From: Minisyncoccota bacterium
GTDB lineage: Bacteria; Patescibacteriota; Minisyncoccia; Phycocordibacterales; SBAW01
Assembly: GCA_035546615.1 (NCBI GenBank)
Contig: DASZWM010000005.1
Coordinates: forward strand, 40,959-104,958
Reading direction: 5' to 3'
Length of the DNA stretch: 64,000 nt
The stretch's first letter is position 1; each line of letters opens with the position of its first letter. Below are positions 26,651 to 36,100 of this stretch, piece by piece. A model generated the notes under the pieces. That model made no database searches and had not been told where the DNA came from. It worked only from the letters and a program-made list of their open reading frames with translations. Position numbers and translations under genes: made by a program.

Positions 26651-27289
26651 ATGGACAAACGCGGAAAATTTATCGTAATTGACGGCATGGACGGCTCCGG
26701 CAAGGGGACGCAGATAAAACTGCTCCAGGAGCGGCTTGCGGACAAGGGCGTGCTCTTCACTCGGGAGCCGGGCGGCTCGCCGCTTGGAGAGGAGATCCGG
26801 GAGATATTATTGAGGACCGAAGGAAATTCGCGCGGCCCGTTAGCGGACCTCTTTCTCTTCTTCGCGTCGCGGGCGTCGCATGTGGAGGATACCGTTACGC
26901 CGGCGCGCGAGCGCGGTACGCACGTCATAAGCGACCGGTACGCTTCCTCTACCTACGCCTTCCAGGCCTACGGGGAAGAGAAGCGCGAATTGCTGCCGCT
27001 TTTTGATGCGGTCATGCATTCGCTCGACCGGGCGAAGTACTGGCCGGACCTCTATCTCATCCTCGACCTTCCCGGCGAAATGGCCTACGAGCGCAGAAGG
27101 AAGGATGCCGCGCAGGCGAAAAGCGGTTTTGATCTCAAGCCGCTCGCATACCATGAGCGCACGCGAGAAGGCTTTAAGGCGTTCGCCAAAAGCTACGGTC
27201 CGGTCGAATTTGTCGACGCGAGCCGTAGCCCTCAGGAAATCCATGCCGATATCTGGAACATTGTCGCTCCCATGGTAGGATTTAAATAA
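26651..27289 (+). CDS. tmk: Thymidylate kinase
   Basis: P-loop FIVIDGMDGSGKGTQ, DRY-like SDRYASSTYAFQ; the start is chosen at MDKRGKF inside the longer listed ORF. Confidence 0.85.
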   Translation: MDKRGKFIVIDGMDGSGKGTQIKLLQERLADKGVLFTREPGGSPLGEEIREILLRTEGNSRGPLADLFLFFASRASHVEDTVTPARERGTHVISDRYASSTYAFQAYGEEKRELLPLFDAVMHSLDRAKYWPDLYLILDLPGEMAYERRRKDAAQAKSGFDLKPLAYHERTREGFKAFAKSYGPVEFVDASRSPQEIHADIWNIVAPMVGFK

Positions 27290-27339
27290 TATGATCTAGC
27301 GCGCTCAGAGACCGACTTACTTAGCTAACCGATATACCA

Positions 27340-28608
27340 ATGGATCTCTACGACGCTATACAAAAACAGGATAAGGACGTCTTCGCCACGCTTGAGGGCG
27401 AGGAAACGCGCGAGCGGGAAGGGCTTGAGCTCATTCCTTCCGAGAATTACGTTTCAAAAGCGGTGCGCCAGGCGCAGGGCTCGATATTCACCAACAAATA
27501 TTCCGAAGGATATCCCGGAAAGCGCTACTACGGCGGACAGACGTACACCGACCAGGTTGAGACGATAGCTATCGAGCGCGCCAAGCAATTGTTCGGCGCC
27601 AAATTCGCCAACGTGCAGACGCACTCGGGCGCCAACGCCAACATCGCGATGTACATGGCCTTGCTGCAGCCGGGGGACACGGTACTGGGTATGGATCTCA
27701 GCCACGGCGGGCATCTGACCCATGGCCACCCGGTTACCTATATCACCAAGTTCTTCAACTTTGTGCGCTATAAGATGAAGGACCCGGAAACCGGTGAGAT
27801 AGATTACGACGACATGCGGCGGGTGGCGCTTGAGGCCAAACCCAAGATAGTGCTGGCCGGATACTCGGCGTACTCCCGCGAGCTCGACTACGAAAAGATT
27901 TCTGCAATAGCAAAAGAGGTCGGCGCGTACGCGGTCATGGATGCGGCGCATATCGCGGGCCTTATTGCCGGCGGCGTTGCGAAAAATCCGTTCGACTACG
28001 GCTTCGATATCATTACTTCAACTACGCATAAGACTTTGCGCGGCCCTCGCGGCGGGCTCATCCTGACGCGCGAGTCCGAAGACATTGCCAAAAAAGTGGA
28101 CAAGGCGGTGTTTCCGGGTCTCCAAGGCGGCCCCTTGATGCACGTGATAGCGGGAAAGGCGGTCGCCTTCGGCGAGGCGCTTTCTCCGAAGTTCAAAGTG
28201 TATGCGGCGCAGATACTCAAGAACGCCAAAGCGATGGAAGAAGTATTTCGTGCTGCCAATGTGCGCATGCTCGGCGGCGGCACATCTAACCACCTTATTC
28301 TCGCCGATGTGTTCGGCAGCCTCGGCATCCCCGGGAAAGAAGCGGAAGTTTTGCTCGACCGCGTGGGCATCACGCTTAACAAGAATGTCATCGCAGATGA
28401 CACGAGGAACCCCATGGACCCGTCCGGCATTCGCTTCGGCACACCGGCCATAACGACGCGCGGGTTCAAGGAAGGGGAGTCCGCCCGCGTAGCCGAGCTT
28501 ATGCTTGAGGCTATGAAGAATCGCACTGATGAAGCGAAGCTCGACGCTATCCGCGAGGAGATAAAGGACCTCTGCGCGAAATTCCCGATTCCGGACTCGT
28601 TCGTATAA
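27340..28608 (+). CDS. glyA: Serine hydroxymethyltransferase
   Basis: 422-aa ORF; SHMT motifs LELIPSENY, YSEGYPGKRYYGG, PLP-Lys region TTHKTLRGPRGG. Confidence 0.9.
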   Translation: MDLYDAIQKQDKDVFATLEGEETREREGLELIPSENYVSKAVRQAQGSIFTNKYSEGYPGKRYYGGQTYTDQVETIAIERAKQLFGAKFANVQTHSGANANIAMYMALLQPGDTVLGMDLSHGGHLTHGHPVTYITKFFNFVRYKMKDPETGEIDYDDMRRVALEAKPKIVLAGYSAYSRELDYEKISAIAKEVGAYAVMDAAHIAGLIAGGVAKNPFDYGFDIITSTTHKTLRGPRGGLILTRESEDIAKKVDKAVFPGLQGGPLMHVIAGKAVAFGEALSPKFKVYAAQILKNAKAMEEVFRAANVRMLGGGTSNHLILADVFGSLGIPGKEAEVLLDRVGITLNKNVIADDTRNPMDPSGIRFGTPAITTRGFKEGESARVAELMLEAMKNRTDEAKLDAIREEIKDLCAKFPIPDSFV

Positions 28609-28880
28609 AATCGTGCTACAGTAGCAATCGGACGCTCTTCGAGTCACTTCTTCCAGACTAGCCTTAGGCCATCTTGGCCTCATCGATATGGCTTGGGAGC
28701 GTCCGCTTTCCGCAACAGCAAGGGAGTATGTGACATGAAAGGTCACGTCCGTCACCTCGTGATCTAGGCGGCGCTTAGCGCACTCTGCGGCCTTGGGCCG
28801 CGATCACACCCGCCGTCGGTTTATGTCTGAACCGGCAAAACCCTTCTAGACTAAGAAAGGTCTCCGCTTCAGTCGTTATC

Positions 28881-28916
28881 GGCCCGCTCCTCCCCGGAGC
28901 GGGCCGGCGTTTTTTA
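28881..28916 (+). terminator. Strong rho-independent terminator ~270 nt downstream of glyA
   Basis: Hairpin ggcccgctcc-tcccc-ggagcgggcc followed by ggcgtttttt. Confidence 0.7.
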
Positions 28917-28932
28917 TCTGTACAATAGAGGA

Positions 28933-30054
28933 ATGGTCATCCGCTCCGGATTTCATCGCCTCATCGAACTATGGGAGCGCTATGAGCGGCCGCTCGCGGC
29001 CGGTTCGCTCATCATTGGCTTCATATTCGACCTGTTCATCGCGCGCAGGCCGGACAACGTGTTCAACAACATCCTCCTGCTCACGTACCTCTTCATTGCG
29101 GCGGCGCTCATACTCATCCTCAATATCCGCACGTACCGCCGCAAGAGCGAGGAGCCTGAAGCAACGCCGCTCTTCCTCCTGCTTGTGCTCCAGTTCTGCT
29201 TCGGAGGCCTGGCCTCCAACATGCTGGTGCTGTACGGCAAAAGCGGCACCTTCGCGGGCTCCGCGCTTTTTCTCCTGCTCCTGCTCGGCATGCTCATAGG
29301 CAACGAGTTTTTGAAGTCCCGCTACGCGCAGCTGCGCTTCAATATCGTCATCTACTACACCCTGCTCCTGACCTACTGCATCATCGCGGTGCCGACGTTC
29401 CTGCTGCACTCGGTCGGCACGCTCGTGTTCCTCGCAAGCGGCGTCCTAAGTCTCATTCTCATTGCGGGCTTCCTGTCGCTTGTGTACGTCATTATCTTCC
29501 GCGGCCGCGACCGCATCGCGCACCTGTACGAAGTGTCGATCCTGGTCGGGCTCGTGTTCCTTTTCTACAACCTCCTCTACTTTATGAACATCATCCCGCC
29601 CGTGCCGCTCTCGCTTCGCGACATCGGCGTGTACCACTCCATTACTCGCCTGCCCACTTCCGCGGGCAGCGAGCAGGGGATATATTCCGCCACGTACGAA
29701 AAGGCGCCGTGGTACGAGTTCTGGCGCAGCACAAGCCCGACCTACACCGTATTCTCCTCCGGAGAGGCCGCATGCTTCTCGTCCGTCTTCGCGCCCACCA
29801 ACCTGTCCGCTCCCATTTACCACCGCTGGGAAAAGCATAACGACGAGAAGAACACCTGGGCCACGGCGGCGCGCATCTCGTTCGACATAAGCGGCGGACG
29901 CGACGCCGGGTATCGCGGATTCACGACAAGCGCCGTCAGCCCCGGCCGCTGGCGCTGCGACGTGGAAACCGAAGGCGGCGCGCTCATCGGCAGGACCTCC
30001 TTCACCGTCGAGTCGGCCTCGACGACCCCCGCGCTTTCGACAAAAACCCTCTAG
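28933..30054 (+). CDS. Membrane protein with C-terminal soluble domain (DUF2914-like)
   Basis: 373-aa ORF; 5-6 TM helices, then a C-terminal ~130-aa domain (YHRWEKHNDEKNTWATAARISFDISGG...RWRCDVETEGG). Confidence 0.5.
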   Translation: MVIRSGFHRLIELWERYERPLAAGSLIIGFIFDLFIARRPDNVFNNILLLTYLFIAAALILILNIRTYRRKSEEPEATPLFLLLVLQFCFGGLASNMLVLYGKSGTFAGSALFLLLLLGMLIGNEFLKSRYAQLRFNIVIYYTLLLTYCIIAVPTFLLHSVGTLVFLASGVLSLILIAGFLSLVYVIIFRGRDRIAHLYEVSILVGLVFLFYNLLYFMNIIPPVPLSLRDIGVYHSITRLPTSAGSEQGIYSATYEKAPWYEFWRSTSPTYTVFSSGEAACFSSVFAPTNLSAPIYHRWEKHNDEKNTWATAARISFDISGGRDAGYRGFTTSAVSPGRWRCDVETEGGALIGRTSFTVESASTTPALSTKTL

Positions 30055-30073
30055 ACGCGGCTTCTGTAGTCTA

Positions 30074-30102
30074 TTGACTTTTAATATATTTGGGTGTATA
30101 AT
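30074..30102 (+). promoter_or_regulatory. Consensus sigma70 promoter (TTGACT-17-TATAAT)
   Basis: -35 ttgact 30074-30079, 17-nt AT-rich spacer, perfect -10 tataat 30097-30102; ~50 nt upstream of the 30155 ORF. Confidence 0.6.
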
Positions 30103-30154
30103 AATAGAGGTACTAAATCGCCCAGTTTTTTGGGCTTGAACAGGGAACCTTCTC

Positions 30155-30736
30155 ATGCAGACAAACGTAATACACACGTCCCGGGGTCCCAAGACTCCGG
30201 GCGAAGCGCGGCTGCTCTTCGTGGGGGGTGCGCTGAACAACGGCGACTTGCTGGGGATCATCAGCGGTCTTGCTGCCATCAAGAACACGGGCGGCGAAGC
30301 GTACGAGGTCGCCCGGTACGTTCTTACGCGCAAGGACCAGTACCGCGACAACATCGTCGCCAAGGCTCGCGAGATTCTCGGTCTGTCCGAAGCCGCGCCG
30401 GCGGCCAAGACTGGGCCACAGCGCGTCGAGGGCCAGAAGCACCTGGAGCAACTGGTCCAGGACGTCAAGCCGGGCATGCAGTTGCGTATGCGCTTCAAGC
30501 AGAACGGCTTCGCCGGCCTCACCTACCTCAGCGGCATGGAGATGGGGGGTGTCATTGAAATCTCCAACGACAAACGGATTCTGATGCAGGTAGCCAATCA
30601 AACCCGCGACTGGGGCAACTCTGATCAGAACCGTACCCTGACGGTCAGGGTCGCTCACAGTTTCAAGCCGACCTGGTTCAGCCAGCGCCTCTACCGTGAG
30701 ATCGAGACCATCGAAATCCTGCCGGCGGTCGGCTAG
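30155..30736 (+). CDS. Hypothetical protein (orphan, own promoter and terminator)
   Basis: 193-aa soluble ORF; no recognisable motifs; flanked by the consensus promoter and the 30758-30792 terminator. Confidence 0.5.
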   Translation: MQTNVIHTSRGPKTPGEARLLFVGGALNNGDLLGIISGLAAIKNTGGEAYEVARYVLTRKDQYRDNIVAKAREILGLSEAAPAAKTGPQRVEGQKHLEQLVQDVKPGMQLRMRFKQNGFAGLTYLSGMEMGGVIEISNDKRILMQVANQTRDWGNSDQNRTLTVRVAHSFKPTWFSQRLYREIETIEILPAVG

Positions 30737-30757
30737 GTTCGTTCGCGCAGTTCGACT

Positions 30758-30792
30758 CAACTGGCTCCAGCAATGGAGCCAGTCTTCTTTTT
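30758..30792 (+). terminator. Rho-independent terminator
   Basis: Hairpin ctggctcca-gcaa-tggagccag followed by tcttcttttt. Confidence 0.7.
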
Positions 30793-30816
30793 ATATATAC
30801 GGTATTCTGCTACTCT

Positions 30817-32463
30817 TTGTGCATGATCCGTGAGGCATTAGAGAAGGCTATCGCCGCGGCGCTGGGAGAACTCGGCGCCGGCAGTGTTTCGTTTACCGTA
30901 GAGCGCCCGGGCTCCATGGACCATGGCGACTACGCCACCAACGCGGCGCTTGCCGCGGCAAAAGCGCTCAAGAAGAACCCGAAAGAAGTGGCGCAGATGC
31001 TGCTGACCATGCTCAGCAGCATCGAGGGCATAAAAAAAACAGAAATCGCGGGCGCGGGATTCATAAACTTTTTTATTTCGCGCGAAGCGGTTGCAAAAGA
31101 AATCTCGCGCGCCGCGCAGGACGCGGAGTGGGGAAGCAACAGTTTGTATAAAGGAAAGACGGTGATGGTGGAATATACCGACCCGAATCCGTTCAAGGAG
31201 TTCCATATTGGGCATCTGATGAGCAACGCGATAGGCGAGAGCGTTGCGCGAGTACTTGAAATCTCCGGCGCAAAAGTTATCCGCGCTAACTACCAGGGCG
31301 ATGTAGGGCCGCATGTGGCAAAGGCTATCTGGGGAAAGATGCAGAAGCCGGAATTAAGCTGGGGCGAAACGTATGTGCTCGGCAACGCCGAATATGAAGC
31401 GCATAAGGCGGATATCGATATGATCAACAAGCAGGTCTACGAGAAAAGCGACGACAAGGTCGCTGAGCTATATGCCGCGGGACGCAAGCTTTCGCTGGAG
31501 CACTTTGAAGAGCTGTATACAGCGCTCGGCACGAAATTCGACCGTTACTTTTTTGAAAGCGAGACGACGCCCCTAGGCACGGCTCTTGTAAAAAAGCATC
31601 CCGAGCTGTTCGTGGAAAGCGAGGGGGCAAGGGTATTTCGCGGCGAGGAAGAGGGGTTGCATACCCGCGTTTTTATCACTTCGCAGGGCTTGCCGACGTA
31701 TGAAGCGAAGGACCTCGGACTTCTGGACGTAAAGAGCAAAGAGAAGCTCGACGTGTCCATCACCGTTACCGCGAACGAGCAGAACGAGTACTTTAAGGTA
31801 GTTCTTGCGGCTGCCGCGCATATCGCGGAACTTGCGGAGATAGCCGGAAAGACGAAGCACGTCTCGCACGGCATGATGCGCTTCGCCGAGGGCAAAATGT
31901 CCTCGCGCAAGGGGAACGTGATCACCGGCGAGTCGCTCTTGGAAGACCTTAAGGACGCCGCGAAAGAAAAGATGGAGGGCAGGGAACTGGCGGATGCCGA
32001 AAAGACTGCCGAGGCGGTTGCGGTGGGAGCGATAAAGTATTCGGTGCTCAAGCAGGGAAGCGGTCGCGACATTATATTCGACCCGGAGAAGTCGCTGAGC
32101 CTCGAAGGCGACTCGGGACCGTATATACAGTACGCGCACACCCGCGCGCTGTCGCTGCTTAAGAACGCCGGCCGCGAAGGCGTTGAACCAGGAACGGATG
32201 ACAAGCCTGCTGCAGCAAATGCGCTCGAGCGGCTTATTCTGCATTTTCCAGACGTGCTTTCCCGCGCAGCGCAAGAGTTGGAGCCGCATCACATAACGAC
32301 GTACGTTACGGAACTCGCTTCAACGTTCAACAGCTGGTACGCGAGCGAGCGGATTATCGGCGGCACCAATCCGCAGTACGGAATTCTCATCGCGCAGGCG
32401 GTGGAAGCGACGCTCAAAAAAGGCCTGCATGCGCTTGGCATCCCAGCGCCCGAGGAGATGTAA
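30817..32463 (+). CDS. argS: Arginyl-tRNA synthetase
   Basis: 548-aa ORF; class I HIGH (FHIGHLMSNAIGES), KMSK-like GKMSSRKG, ArgRS N-terminal add-1 domain pattern. Confidence 0.9.
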   Translation: MCMIREALEKAIAAALGELGAGSVSFTVERPGSMDHGDYATNAALAAAKALKKNPKEVAQMLLTMLSSIEGIKKTEIAGAGFINFFISREAVAKEISRAAQDAEWGSNSLYKGKTVMVEYTDPNPFKEFHIGHLMSNAIGESVARVLEISGAKVIRANYQGDVGPHVAKAIWGKMQKPELSWGETYVLGNAEYEAHKADIDMINKQVYEKSDDKVAELYAAGRKLSLEHFEELYTALGTKFDRYFFESETTPLGTALVKKHPELFVESEGARVFRGEEEGLHTRVFITSQGLPTYEAKDLGLLDVKSKEKLDVSITVTANEQNEYFKVVLAAAAHIAELAEIAGKTKHVSHGMMRFAEGKMSSRKGNVITGESLLEDLKDAAKEKMEGRELADAEKTAEAVAVGAIKYSVLKQGSGRDIIFDPEKSLSLEGDSGPYIQYAHTRALSLLKNAGREGVEPGTDDKPAAANALERLILHFPDVLSRAAQELEPHHITTYVTELASTFNSWYASERIIGGTNPQYGILIAQAVEATLKKGLHALGIPAPEEM

Positions 32464-32465
32464 CT

Positions 32466-33068
32466 ATGAAAATACTTGGCCGAGGCTGGCAATATACTAC
32501 CTACGATATAGGAAATGGTCGCGTGCTTAAAAAGTATAATTCGTTCCTAGTAGCTTATGCGGTAATGCTCAATGCCTGTGTCAAATCAGATAGGCTTTCG
32601 ATTTTTAAAATTCCGCAATACCACAGAGGCTGTAAAGAATTTGCACGAAGCTCTCTAAAGAAAGCGACCAGTGGCCTGCTTGATAGTTGGATGGTTGGCA
32701 ATCCAAAGCCGCTAAATGAATTGGATTACGAACAAGACAAGCTCATTCCGCTCCATGAACGCATCAACGGAATTAGTTTAGAAAAGGCAAAAGGGTATAT
32801 TGACCGTTTTGTTGATTTCAATAAAACTCTTTTGGAGAGAGGTCTCATCGACAAAAGTTTTAATATTACTAAGAACTTCGGCATAGATTCCGAAGGAAGG
32901 ATTGTTTTGATGGATCTTGGTGAATTGCACTCAGAAAAGCTAGCTATAGAAAAACAACGACGTAAACGGATGTGGACGTACCCATATGTAGTAAATTGCA
33001 TCTTAGATGAGGAAGTACGTGCCTACTATGTTCAGCGGATGGACGAAAGCTTTGGATTAGCCGCATAG
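32466..33068 (+). CDS. Hypothetical protein, small atypical protein-kinase-like (AT-rich islet)
   Basis: 200-aa ORF, markedly AT-richer than neighbours; Gly-loop-like LGRGWQYTTYDIGNGRVLKK, catalytic-loop-like LIDKSFNITKNFGID, DFG-like RIVLMDLGE. Confidence 0.35.
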   Translation: MKILGRGWQYTTYDIGNGRVLKKYNSFLVAYAVMLNACVKSDRLSIFKIPQYHRGCKEFARSSLKKATSGLLDSWMVGNPKPLNELDYEQDKLIPLHERINGISLEKAKGYIDRFVDFNKTLLERGLIDKSFNITKNFGIDSEGRIVLMDLGELHSEKLAIEKQRRKRMWTYPYVVNCILDEEVRAYYVQRMDESFGLAA

Positions 33069-33100
33069 CCTTTGTTTTTAAGGCTTAAGTGCTATAGTTT

Positions 33101-36100
33101 TTGGATATGTCCGAAGTGGGGAAGTCAGAAGTGGCCAAGCGCGAGGAGAAAGTACTCGCTTTTTGGAAAGAACAGCAGATATTCGAGCGCAGCGTTGGGA
33201 AGCGCGCGCCGCGCGGCGAATTCACCTTTTATGACGGCCCGCCGTTCGCAACCGGCCTGCCGCACCACGGCAGCCTCCTGTCCTCGATAATTAAGGACGT
33301 CGTTCCGCGCTATAAGACCATGCGCGGCTACCGCGTCCCGCGCCGCTGGGGCTGGGACTGCCACGGGCTTCCCATCGAGAACCTGGTCGAAAAGAAGCTC
33401 GGCCTCAAGACAAAGAAAGACATTCTTTCCATCGGCATCGATACGTTTAACGAGGAGGCGCGCTCGACCGTGCTCCAATACGTGCACGACTGGGAGCAGT
33501 ACGTGGACCGCGTGGGCCGCTGGGTGGATTTCAGGAACTCGTACAAGACGATGGACAACTCGTATATCGAGACCGTCTGGTGGGCGCTCAAGGAAATGCA
33601 GGACAAGAAGCTTTTGTACGAGGGCCGGAAGGTGCTCATGTACTGCCCGCACTGCGAAACGCCGCTTGCCAAGGCCGAAATTGCCGCCGACAATACCTAC
33701 AAGGATATTACCGAGGAGGCCGTTACCATCAAGTTCAAGCTTAAGTATCCGCAGAAGTTCGGCCTTCCCGAAAATACGTATCTGCTTGCGTGGACGACGA
33801 CCCCGTGGACGCTTCCGGGCAACGTGGGGCTCGCGGTCGGGCCTGACATCCCATACGTGCTTGTGGAGCAAAACGGCGAGTACCTCGTGCTTGCGCGCGA
33901 CCTGAAAGGGCAGGCGTCCGGCACGGTCGCGGGAGAACTGCTCGGCCGGCAGATGGTCGGCGCGGACTACGAGCCGCTCTATCGCATCAATGCGGTAGAG
34001 GCGCACAAAGGAAGGAAGCATCAGGTGCTTGCGGCGGACTTCGTCACTACGACCGAAGGCACGGGCATCGTGCACACCGCCGTCATGTACGGCGAGGACG
34101 ACTTCGCGCTCGGGCAAAAAGAGGGCTTGCCGATGGTGCAGCTCCTCAGCCAGAACGGCACGTACAACGACAACGCGCCGGAGTTCGTGCGCGGCGAGTA
34201 TATAAAGAAGGCGGAGAAGCTCATCAAGGAAGACCTCGAGGAAAAGGGCCTGCTCTTTTCCCGCGCGAACCACACGCACTCCTACCCGCACTGCTGGCGC
34301 TGCGGCACCGCGCTCATCTACAACGCCGTCGCGTCCTGGTTCATCAATATTCAGAAGGTGAAGGCGAAGATGCTTTCGGAGAACCAGAAGATAAACTGGG
34401 TGCCCGCGTACCTGCGCGACGGGCGGTTCAGGAACATCCTTGAGAACGCGCCGGATTGGACGATATCGCGCAACCGCTTCTGGGCCTCTCCCTTGCCGAT
34501 ATGGAAGGAGAAGGGCGGCAAGAACCTGATGGTCGTGGGTTCTGTCGAGGAATTGCTGAAAAAGACGAAGCGCTCCGGCAACAAGTACTTCGTGATGCGC
34601 CACGGAGAGGCGCGTCACAATGTGGAAGATGCCATGGACGGCGCCGGAAGGCCGGACAACCACCTGACCGACGCGGGGAGAGAATATGTGCGCGCGGCGG
34701 CGCAGGAGTTTAAAAAAAGGCAGGAGATAGACCTTATCGTTATGTCTCCGTTCGTGCGCACCCGCGAAACTGCCGCTATCGTCCAGGAAGTATTCGGTCT
34801 TCCCGATTCTGCCGTGGCCGTCGATAACCGCCTCCATGAAATAGGGTTCGGCGAGTTCGAAGGCAGGCCGCTCAGGGAGTGGGCGGAATTCTTCGGTTCG
34901 CTTGAGAACAGGTTCTTAAAGACTCCCGAAGGGGGAGAGCCGTTTAGCGACGTGCGCCGGCGCGTGGGGGATTTCCTGTTCGAGATAGAGCGCCGGTATG
35001 TGGGCAAGAATATCCTCATCGTGACCCACAAGGGGCCGGGCTGGCTGCTTAATGCGGTGGCAAAGCGCTACTCCGCCGCGCAGATAGCCAATGAAGAGGA
35101 ATATTCGCCCTTCATGCGCAACGACAAGGCTCAGCGCATATACGAGCTTCCGTTCACGCCCTTCCCGCACAATAAGGACTACGAGATGGACCTGCACCGC
35201 CCGTATATCGACGCGATAACGCTTGTGGACGCTCAAGGCCGCGGCTACGAGCGCATTCCGGAGGTCATCGACTGCTGGGTCGAGTCCGGCGCCATGCCGT
35301 ACGCGAGCAATCACTACCCCTTTAAGAACAAGAACCGCTTCAATCCGGCGCGCTTCTTCGGCTTGTGGCCGAAAGGTTTCCCGGCGCAGTTCATCGCCGA
35401 GTACATCGGGCAGACGCGCACCTGGTTCTACTACATGCTTGCGGTCAGCACCGTTCTCTCGGGACGGGCCTCATTCCAGAACGTGGTATCCACCGGCAAC
35501 CTGCTTGCGGCGGACGGCGCGAAACTTTCCAAATCCAAGGGCAACTACACCGACCCGCTCAACATCATGAACCAGTTCGGCGCCGACGCGTACCGCTTCT
35601 ACCTCATGGGCTCGGTCGTGATGAACAGCGAGGACCTCCAGTTCCGCGACGAGGACGTGCGCGAGGCCAACAACCGCGTGCTCGGCATACTTTGGAACTG
35701 CTACAAGTTCTTCGAGCTCTACAAAGACGAGCGCGACCCCGCGATACGCGCTCAGGATAGCTCGCACCCGCTTGATCGCTGGGTACTGTCGCTTCTTAAC
35801 AAAACCACTGCCGCAGTAACGGCAGCGATGGAAGCGTACGACACGCCGGGGGCATGCAAGGCCCTGCGCGCGTTCGTCGACGACTACTCCACCTGGTATG
35901 TGCGCCGCTCGCGCGACCGCGTGAAGGGCGAGGATGAGGCTGACAAGCAGTTCGCGCTCGCGACCCAGTACGAGGTGCTTTTAACGCTTTCGCAATTGTT
36001 CGCGCCCATCACGCCGTATATTTCCGAAAGCATCTACCGCTCAGCCGGCGGCGAAGAAGACAGTGTGCACCTGAGCGAGTGGCCGGAAGCCGGAGCCGTG

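Noticed and set aside
33125-34837. 570-aa minus-strand ORF
   Set aside because: Lies entirely inside ileS, which has unambiguous synthetase motifs; Arg/Ala/His-rich composition typical of antisense frames in high-GC DNA.
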